Assembly (NCBI GenBank): GCA_964502835.1
Contig: CAZCYF010000004.1
Span: 27,548 to 91,547, forward strand
Direction: 5' to 3'
DNA from: an uncultured Halobacteriales archaeon
GTDB lineage: Archaea; Halobacteriota; Halobacteria; Halobacteriales; SKSH01
Length of the DNA stretch: 64,000 nt
Each line of letters opens with the position of its first letter. The first letter of the stretch is position 1. Shown piece by piece: positions 1 through 6,765 of the stretch. The position numbers and the translations under genes were made by a program. The notes beneath the pieces are model-generated. The model was not told where the DNA came from. It did no database searches and saw only the letters and a list, made by a program, of their open reading frames with translations.

Positions 1-58
1 CCGAGCGATCACCGGTCCACAACCGAACGTCACTGGGGCGGCAACCGCACGAACACCG

Positions 59-475
59 TCATCCGCAGTGGCTACCGTCGAATCGAACGCTCGGCTCGCG
101 CCCATCGATGATTTCGGCAACGATGCGATTTTCCGGGTCCTCAGTACTACACGTGACGCGATAGAGGTGCGCCCACGTACTGCGACCGTTGAGCTCCACC
201 GCCACTTCAAGCAGGGTGTCGTTTGCTGCCTCGGTGATCGCTGATTCACGGATGACCGGTCCGCCGGGGACTGCTCCCGGCTGGGCTCCAATTCGAAAGG
301 TCCGATCAAGAACGACCTCGGACTCGGACTTCCTGACGGTGACGGCGGCTTCATGGTCGGCGTCCGTTTGGTTCCACAGTTCGAAGTGGACGGGCGCCTT
401 CGAATCCGTCCGGAATAGACAGCCGCCACCACCGAGGAGGAGACCAAGACTCAGCAAGAGCCAGCGGCGCTCCAT
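59..475 (-). CDS. Putative secreted lipoprotein (Tat-like signal with lipobox), function unknown
   Basis: From the ATG at 475 the protein reads MERRWLLLSLGLLLGGGGC: twin Arg, a hydrophobic stretch, then Gly-Cys, as in haloarchaeal lipoproteins. The longer ORF-track start (583) adds a non-signal-like extension. Confidence 0.6.
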   Translation of the reverse strand: MERRWLLLSLGLLLGGGGCLFRTDSKAPVHFELWNQTDADHEAAVTVRKSESEVVLDRTFRIGAQPGAVPGGPVIRESAITEAANDTLLEVAVELNGRSTWAHLYRVTCSTEDPENRIVAEIIDGREPSVRFDGSHCG

Positions 476-653
476 ACCGATTTCCCGGTCGTGAATGGGC
501 AAAATACTGCGGATAGGTGAAAGCTGGTTTGCGTCACACGTCACATCGTCCGAGGAAGACGATGAGACACGTCGATGAGCCACGTTCGATATGCAGAGTA
601 TGATGGAACCCAGCAGATTACCGGACCCTCGACGAGGCGGTGGCAGGGGTAGC

Positions 654-660
654 TATAAAT
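654..660 (+). promoter_or_regulatory. TATA box of the KstD-like gene
   Basis: TATAAAT lies 25-31 nt upstream of ATG 685, the usual spacing for a leaderless haloarchaeal transcript. Confidence 0.7.
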
Positions 661-663
661 GGT

Positions 664-681
664 ATTAAACGGACGTTTAAT
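664..681. promoter_or_regulatory. Candidate TetR operator (inverted repeat)
   Basis: ATTAAACG-GA-CGTTTAAT has perfect 8-bp arms and sits between the TATA box and the start codon. A TetR gene lies directly downstream of the regulated gene. Confidence 0.7.
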
Positions 682-684
682 TCC

Positions 685-2397
685 ATGGTGGATTGGGACT
701 ACACGACTGACGTCGTCATCGTCGGGTCCGGGGCGGGAGGCATGGTCAGCGCGCTCTACGCCCACCATCACGGGCTCGATGCGATCATCCTCGAAAAGAC
801 CGATACCTACGGTGGATCCTCGGCGCTCTCCGGCGGCGGGCTGTGGATTCCCGCGAACCATCTGATGGAGCAAGAGGGCGTCGGGGACAGCATCGAGAAG
901 GCTCGGACGTATCTCCAACACACCGTCGGCGACCGCGTGCCGCAGGTCAAACAGGACGCCTACCTCGAACACGCCCACGAGATGGCGCGCTGGCTGGCCG
1001 GTCACACACGCATGGAGTTCACCCGCATGGACGGCTACTCCGATTACTATCCGGAACGACCAGGTGGTATGAGCGAGGGGCGCGGCATCGAGGGGAAACC
1101 GTTCGATGGCACGAAGCTCGGCGAGACCTTTGACAACCTCAACACCTCCGATATGGAGGCGCCTGGTCCGCTGTCGTTCACGAGCGGCGAGTTTCGCAAC
1201 ATTGGCCTCGTCATGACGACCTGGCAGGGCAAGAAGACCGCCGCCAAGGTGGGGCTGCGGACGGTGAAAAACCTCATTCGAGGTGCCAAGCCGGTCACAA
1301 TGGGGGGTGCCCTCATCGGTCGGCTTCGCAAATCGCTGTTGGACAACGACATCCCGCTGTGGCTGAACGCGCCGTTTACCTCGTTCGTGCTCGAAGGTGA
1401 CCAGGTCGTGGGCGTCGTCGCCGAGCGCGCTGGCGAGGGGGAGGTCCACATCAAGGGTGAGCGTGGCGTGATCCTCGCTGCGGGGGGCTTTGCCCGCAAC
1501 GAAGCCATGCGCAAGGAGTTCCAGCAGGCGCCGATCACGGCCGATTGGACGGTCGCCAACGAGGGCAACACGGGCGATACGATCACCGCAGGGATGGAGG
1601 AGCTCGATGCCGCCGTCGACCTGATGGACGATGCATGGTGGGGCCCGGTGAGTACACCTCCCGACATGGACGATCCGATGTTTCACGTGGCCGAGCGAAA
1701 CGAGCCGGGGGCGATCATGGTCAACGGCCAGGGGCGTCGATACACGAACGAGTCCGCCTCCTACGTCGACGTGGGACACGCGATGTATGATGGCCACTCG
1801 GAGGACAACCCCCACATCCCATCCCACTTTATCATGGACAGCCGGTTCCGAAAGCGGTACGTCTTCGGGACGTTGATGCCTCGCCAATCCTTCCCTGAGA
1901 GCTACAGCGAATCCGGCTATTTGACGAAGGCAGACTCGCTCTCAGATTTGGCCCGGAAGCTCGACGTGCCTCCGGACAACCTGGTTGATGAGGTCGAGCG
2001 GTTCAACGAGTTCGCACGCCAAGGGACCGACGAGGACTTCGGCCGCGGTGAGAGCGCGTACGACCGGTACTATGGCGATCCGGCCCACGGGCCGAACCCG
2101 TGCCTGGGGACCATCGAGAACCCGCCCTACTACGCCGTGAAGTTCTGGCCAGGCGACCTCGGGACGAAAGGTGGGCTCCTCACCGACGAATGGGCGCGTG
2201 TGCTTCGCGAGGACGGCTCGATCATCCAGGGGCTATACGCCACCGGAAACAACATGGCGTCGGTCATGGGTCACACCTACCCCGGGCCGGGGTCGACGCT
2301 CGGCCCCACGACCACGTTCGGCTACATTGCCGTCACGGACATCGTCGAAAACGAGCCGCCGGAGGCGGCATCTGAGATCGTTGAACAGCAGCTATAA
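685..2397 (+). CDS. kstD: FAD-dependent 3-ketosteroid Delta1-dehydrogenase (KstD)-like flavoprotein
   Basis: Motifs: VGSGAGG...LEK FAD fingerprint, GGSSALSGGGLWIP, YSDYY, GVILAAGGF, RYTNESASY, DLGTKGGLLTD, GLYATGN, TYPGPGSTLG. These match the KstD branch of the FAD_binding_2 family. ATG 685 was chosen on TATA spacing. Confidence 0.8.
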   Translation: MVDWDYTTDVVIVGSGAGGMVSALYAHHHGLDAIILEKTDTYGGSSALSGGGLWIPANHLMEQEGVGDSIEKARTYLQHTVGDRVPQVKQDAYLEHAHEMARWLAGHTRMEFTRMDGYSDYYPERPGGMSEGRGIEGKPFDGTKLGETFDNLNTSDMEAPGPLSFTSGEFRNIGLVMTTWQGKKTAAKVGLRTVKNLIRGAKPVTMGGALIGRLRKSLLDNDIPLWLNAPFTSFVLEGDQVVGVVAERAGEGEVHIKGERGVILAAGGFARNEAMRKEFQQAPITADWTVANEGNTGDTITAGMEELDAAVDLMDDAWWGPVSTPPDMDDPMFHVAERNEPGAIMVNGQGRRYTNESASYVDVGHAMYDGHSEDNPHIPSHFIMDSRFRKRYVFGTLMPRQSFPESYSESGYLTKADSLSDLARKLDVPPDNLVDEVERFNEFARQGTDEDFGRGESAYDRYYGDPAHGPNPCLGTIENPPYYAVKFWPGDLGTKGGLLTDEWARVLREDGSIIQGLYATGNNMASVMGHTYPGPGSTLGPTTTFGYIAVTDIVENEPPEAASEIVEQQL

Positions 2398-2436
2398 GCA
2401 CTCCAGACCGCGTTCGACCACCAGTGAGGCTCACGA

Positions 2437-3060
2437 ATGAGCCACCCGATCCCCACGGACCAGCGCATCCGGGCGGCCGCGTTCCGCGCCCTGGCGGTGC
2501 AGGGGTACGCGAATCTCTCCATGCGCGACATCGGAGCGGAATTGGGCCAAAACCCCTCGATCATCTACCACTATTTCGACGGGAAGGACGACCTGTTGCG
2601 GTCGATGCTTGAGGTGTTCGTCGCGCACTTCCTCGACCGGCAGATCGATCAATCTGTCGGGGACCCGCGTGGTGAGCTCGACGCATTCGTCGACCAGCTC
2701 TTACATCCAGATCCCGAACGGGCGACTCGAATCTGGGAGGAGCCGCCGTCGGATCCCGGTGATGCCGTCAGGAAGGTGTACGTTGAGCTCTGGGCGCATG
2801 CGGCGTGGGATCGCAGGTTTCGCCAGCAGACGACCGAGGTCGAGAGTCGCCTGCAGCGTTCGATCGCGACCCTCATTCGCCAGGGGATCGAAGCCGGGCA
2901 GTTCCGCAACGTCGACGTCGACCGAGCGGCGGATCATATCTACTTTCTCACGAAGCAGGGGCTTCACACGCAGGCAACCACGAACCGGGATGACGCAACC
3001 AAACGGGCCAGTCAGCTGATTGACTCGGTTATCGACGACTTGGCCGTCGACGGCGATTGA
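2437..3060 (+). CDS. TetR/AcrR family transcriptional regulator
   Basis: N-terminal HTH (IRAAAFRALAVQGYANLSMRDIGAELGQNPSIIYHYFDGKDDLL) and a TetR_C-like tail (LIRQGIEAGQFR). Confidence 0.92.
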   Translation: MSHPIPTDQRIRAAAFRALAVQGYANLSMRDIGAELGQNPSIIYHYFDGKDDLLRSMLEVFVAHFLDRQIDQSVGDPRGELDAFVDQLLHPDPERATRIWEEPPSDPGDAVRKVYVELWAHAAWDRRFRQQTTEVESRLQRSIATLIRQGIEAGQFRNVDVDRAADHIYFLTKQGLHTQATTNRDDATKRASQLIDSVIDDLAVDGD

Positions 3061-3692
3061 GGTGACAACGACTCGGTTTGGTTCGATCCCCCGTCAGGGC
3101 ATGTCGGATCCGATGGTGATCGACACGGGAAAGCGACACCTCCACGCGAGACGTCGACCCGGCAATAGTGGGGACGGAATCGGAGGTGATCACCGATCCC
3201 AAGCACGGGGCCATGTTGTTGGTGGCCCACGGTTGACTCAATCGGATCGTCGCTGTTCAGCCATATATTCCCAAATCTCTGCACAGCCACAGCTACCCTC
3301 GAACTCGGCGTGAACATCGTGGCCGTCGGAATCTCCGTCCTCGCCGGATTCCGGATGTTGGCGATCCGATTCGTCGCCCATCAGGAGCGAGTTGGATGTC
3401 AGGTGTCATCAATTGATCGGCGACCCCGGTCATGCCTGGGTTCGGCCCCACCCGACTTCGAGGCGGTTCAATATCGGGCCAGATGGGACGAGCCACCGAC
3501 CGCGCCTTGTCGGGGGCGACCGCGTACGGTGCGACCTCCCGGCGCGCGAACGGGCTAGTCAGGTCGTGTGCAGGGGTGATCGGGAGCTGGTACGGAACGG
3601 TTTGCTGATCCTGCATGGTCCATCAGGGCGATCGACCAACGGTCCGCATGCTGCGGCGCAAAACGGGGCAATCAGACCAGGTATATTCCAAT

Positions 3693-3727
3693 CTTTTATC
3701 CCCGTCCACGTCTTGTAACGATTACAA
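3693..3727 (+). promoter_or_regulatory. TATA box plus inverted repeat upstream of the YegP-repeat gene
   Basis: CTTTTAT at 3693-3699. TTGTAA-CGA-TTACAA at 3713-3727 ends 1 nt before ATG 3729. Confidence 0.55.
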
Positions 3728-3728
3728 T

Positions 3729-5231
3729 ATGTCAGGGCAAACATCGGGCAACTTCCTATACAGAATCTATCGAGATCGCATCGGTGAGCCGACAACCCAC
3801 GATGAGGTCCGAGGATACTGGATCTTCCTGACGGGTCTCGCCCTGTCACTCATCGGGATAGCGCTGTTTCTCCTGAGCGAATCGGCGGCCGGCGCCAGCG
3901 AGTTCACGCTTCGAGAATTGAGCATTTTCGTCGCGGCAGTCGGGCTCGCGATGCTGGTTGCGGGACCGATCATTCGGCTCCCGTTGCGACGATGGGCGAA
4001 CTACGGCGCCTACCTCGGCCAACTGGTCGCATTTTTGGCCGCCGTTTGGTTTCTCATCGTCTTTCCCCAGGACTGGAGCGTTGCAACTGGTAACCAACCC
4101 GTCATCATGGTCTATGGCGCCGGGATCCTCATCATCACGGTCGGCGGCCTGATCGCACCCGTTCTCGCCGGGGCCCGTCGTGAAGATCTCGAGGCAAGCC
4201 AGGCCATGGCCAGCGCACTCGAAGACGAGCTCGAACGAGCGCGAGAGACTACACGGTCCGTCAGGGGCGATTTCGAGGCACAGTTGAATGCGCTGCACGA
4301 CAGCCAGGGTCGGTTCGAAGTCTTCCAAGACCGGGGCGACGAATGGCGCTGGCGGCTTCGTCACCGCAATGGCAACGTCATTGCGGACAGTGGTGAGGGC
4401 TATACACGAAAACACAACGCCAACAAAGGGTTGCAAAGCGTCCGACGAAACGCCCTTGGAGCCACCATCTTGCTCATCGAACCCGAGGAGGAACTCCCAG
4501 AGGAGGGCGACTCGTTCGAGCCGGTCGACGCCCGTCCGAGCCAAGCCACCTTCGAGGTCTTTGCGGATCAACGCGGCGAGCATCGCTTCCGCCTTCGACA
4601 CGATAACGGCAACATCCTCGCCGACGGGGGCGAGGGATACGACTCGGCCAGCAATGCCCGTCGCGCCATTGAACGGCTTCGTGAAACCGTCGGTCCGGCG
4701 AACTATCTCCGGTTCGATCCGACCGGGTTCGAGGTCTACCTAGACGCAGCAGGTGAATGGCGGTGGCGACTCGTCCACCGCAATGGCAACATCCTGGCCG
4801 ATAGCGGACAGGGCTATTCACGTCGACATGACGCAAACCGGGCCGTCGCCCGGATCCGAGACGGGATTGATGACCTCGAGTTCGAAGTCTATGCGGATCA
4901 GGGCGATGAGTTCCGCTGGCGGCTCCTCGCGAGCAACGATCGAATCCTGGCTGACAGTGGTGAGGGCTATCGCGATCGAACCGAAGCCGAGGCGGCCGTG
5001 CGCCGGATTCACGAATACGCCCCCGATGCCGACATTCTCGAGATTGGACAGGCGACCTTCGAGATATATGAGGACCGCGACGGGGAGCACCGCTGGCGGT
5101 TGCGCCACCGCAACGGCAACATTCTCCTTGACAGCGGTGAGGGCTACGCTGACCGCACACGGGCCCGGGAGTCGATTGAGGGGATCAAGCTGAACGCCCC
5201 GACCGCCGGTCTTGAGACGGTTTCGGAATAG
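3729..5231 (+). CDS. Membrane-anchored protein with five tandem YegP/DUF1508 domains
   Basis: About four N-terminal hydrophobic helices and a coiled-coil-like linker, then five FE(V/I)(Y/F)xDxxxE(W/H/F)R(W/F)RL...ADxGxGY units starting at 4314, 4551, 4728, 4881 and 5058. Confidence 0.85.
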   Translation: MSGQTSGNFLYRIYRDRIGEPTTHDEVRGYWIFLTGLALSLIGIALFLLSESAAGASEFTLRELSIFVAAVGLAMLVAGPIIRLPLRRWANYGAYLGQLVAFLAAVWFLIVFPQDWSVATGNQPVIMVYGAGILIITVGGLIAPVLAGARREDLEASQAMASALEDELERARETTRSVRGDFEAQLNALHDSQGRFEVFQDRGDEWRWRLRHRNGNVIADSGEGYTRKHNANKGLQSVRRNALGATILLIEPEEELPEEGDSFEPVDARPSQATFEVFADQRGEHRFRLRHDNGNILADGGEGYDSASNARRAIERLRETVGPANYLRFDPTGFEVYLDAAGEWRWRLVHRNGNILADSGQGYSRRHDANRAVARIRDGIDDLEFEVYADQGDEFRWRLLASNDRILADSGEGYRDRTEAEAAVRRIHEYAPDADILEIGQATFEIYEDRDGEHRWRLRHRNGNILLDSGEGYADRTRARESIEGIKLNAPTAGLETVSE

Positions 5232-5388
5232 ACCCTCGGCCGGTGGCGGTCCTCGAGAGCGGTGGTTCGAGACGGCTGGTGTGCGGCCCGAAACTGAGGA
5301 GGAGATACGGCCGATATTCGGGCAGATGTGGTGTGAATGGTACACACTGTCATTATGGATTTTTTAGATGTTAGGTCACGATCTACGC

Positions 5389-6087
5389 ATGGTCCACGAT
5401 CCGTTTGGCCGGGCGGTCCGTGACCAGTACCGCGGTGAACGGTCCGAGCCCCTCATCGACCGAGATGGTCCACACACCAGACGCCACGACATCGACAGCT
5501 GGTATTTCGGTGACCATGATCCCACCAGCTGGCGCGACCAGTGGATCGACGGCCCGTTTCTCGATATCGGCGCCGGTGCCGGACGCGATGCACTGTATCA
5601 CCAAGACCGTCACGAGACCGTCGCGATCGACATCAGCCAGCATCTCGTCGACCTCATGGCCGATCGCGGTGTGACCGACGTTCGTCAGGTCGACATGTTC
5701 GAGCTACGAGACGAATTTGGGCGCGATCGGTTTCGCTCGGTCCAAGCGATCGGGACACAGGTCGGACTCGCGGGATCAATGAGGGGCGTTACGACGTGGC
5801 TCCACGACCTCGCCGCCATCACCACGCCCGATGCGGTGGCCGTGCTCGACAATTACTCACCGACGATCGAGGCGGTGAACGACCTGTTCGCTTATCGGCC
5901 GGATCCAACGCCAGGACTGGCCCACCGGGTCTTTCATGTGGTCTACGAGGGCGACGTTGGGCGAACCCTCCTGTTTCGTCTCTTTAGCGTCGAACGTCTA
6001 CAGGATGCCGCGACCGACACCCCGTGGGAGCTGGTGGGTGTGAACCGCCGGGGGGCGCGTTGGCGCGCCGCCTTAGAAAAGTCCTGA
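5389..6087 (+). CDS. Class I SAM-dependent methyltransferase
   Basis: Motif I FLDIGAGAGRD, post-I VAIDIS, haloarchaeal-type N-terminus DPFGRAVRDQY. A T-rich TATA-like box is at ~5360-5366. Confidence 0.85.
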   Translation: MVHDPFGRAVRDQYRGERSEPLIDRDGPHTRRHDIDSWYFGDHDPTSWRDQWIDGPFLDIGAGAGRDALYHQDRHETVAIDISQHLVDLMADRGVTDVRQVDMFELRDEFGRDRFRSVQAIGTQVGLAGSMRGVTTWLHDLAAITTPDAVAVLDNYSPTIEAVNDLFAYRPDPTPGLAHRVFHVVYEGDVGRTLLFRLFSVERLQDAATDTPWELVGVNRRGARWRAALEKS

Positions 6088-6181
6088 CAGCCAGGTCGCG
6101 CCGGTAATTTGCCCGGATCTGACGGTATATGGGCGAGAATTGCTGCCTGAAAACCCTGCCCGCAGCTCCACCGCCACTTGC

Positions 6182-6664
6182 TCATGGGGGCGGGTTCGTC
6201 CGCCACTTGATCATCTTGTGACGATTGATCGCATAGCCATGGTCCTGGTAGAGCCCGATCGCCGCTGAATTCTCGGCGTTTACCGACAGGGTGATGGTGT
6301 CGCACTCGCGGTTGATGTCGTCCGCTTCGATCGCCTCGAGGAGGGCGGTAGCGATCCCCTGGCGACGGGCGTCCGGTCGGACGTACACTTCGTCGACGTT
6401 GAAGGTCGCACCGCGGGCGAAGACGGGTGGGGCGGGCTGGACGGCTCCGGCTGCATATCCGAGAGGTGTCGCGTCGGATTCCGCAAGCAGCAGTCGGTAC
6501 TCGTCGCTGGCCAGCCGATCCCGTCGATACTCGATCGCGTCCTGACGGATGTCTTCGGCAAGTTCGTTATAGGGATCTAGGTCGGCCATCTCCCTGGCGA
6601 ACGGCAACCAGAGTTCGTCGACGATGGTGGGCGCGTCCTCGACGTCGGCCGGGCGGATGTCCAT
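6182..6664 (-). CDS. GNAT family N-acetyltransferase
   Basis: EVYVRPDARRQGIATALL (acetyl-CoA motif A) and NSAAIGLYQDHGY (motif B). The start was set at MDIRPA. Confidence 0.9.
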   Translation of the reverse strand: MDIRPADVEDAPTIVDELWLPFAREMADLDPYNELAEDIRQDAIEYRRDRLASDEYRLLLAESDATPLGYAAGAVQPAPPVFARGATFNVDEVYVRPDARRQGIATALLEAIEADDINRECDTITLSVNAENSAAIGLYQDHGYAINRHKMIKWRTNPPP

Positions 6665-6765
6665 GGAGACCGACACCGACGATGCCCAAGAAAGCATTTC
6701 GGCTCGACCGTTGTGGGTTTGTGGGACCACCAGTGCTGGCCGTCGAGACAGGGCTCGAAGCGTCG

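Noticed and set aside
541-1887. 448-aa antisense ORF over kstD, and similar long antisense ORFs at 32445-33623, 60323-61810 and 18292-19434
   Set aside because: These are typical high-GC shadow frames with no recognisable motifs, opposite well-supported genes.
3061-3101. GGTTCGATCCC (3080-3090) resembling a tRNA T-loop, which could mark an integration-site remnant
   Set aside because: Only 2 of 5 T-stem pairs form, and there is no acceptor, D or anticodon arm. No integrase is nearby.
4314-5231. Recurrent DNA similarity (for example CGCAACGGCAACAT) that might suggest a CRISPR-like array
   Set aside because: The repeats are degenerate, in frame, and explained by the five YegP protein domains.
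5331-5347. GTGTG-N7-CACAC upstream of the methyltransferase
   Set aside because: The 5-bp arms are too short to claim an operator, and the spacing does not match a known motif.
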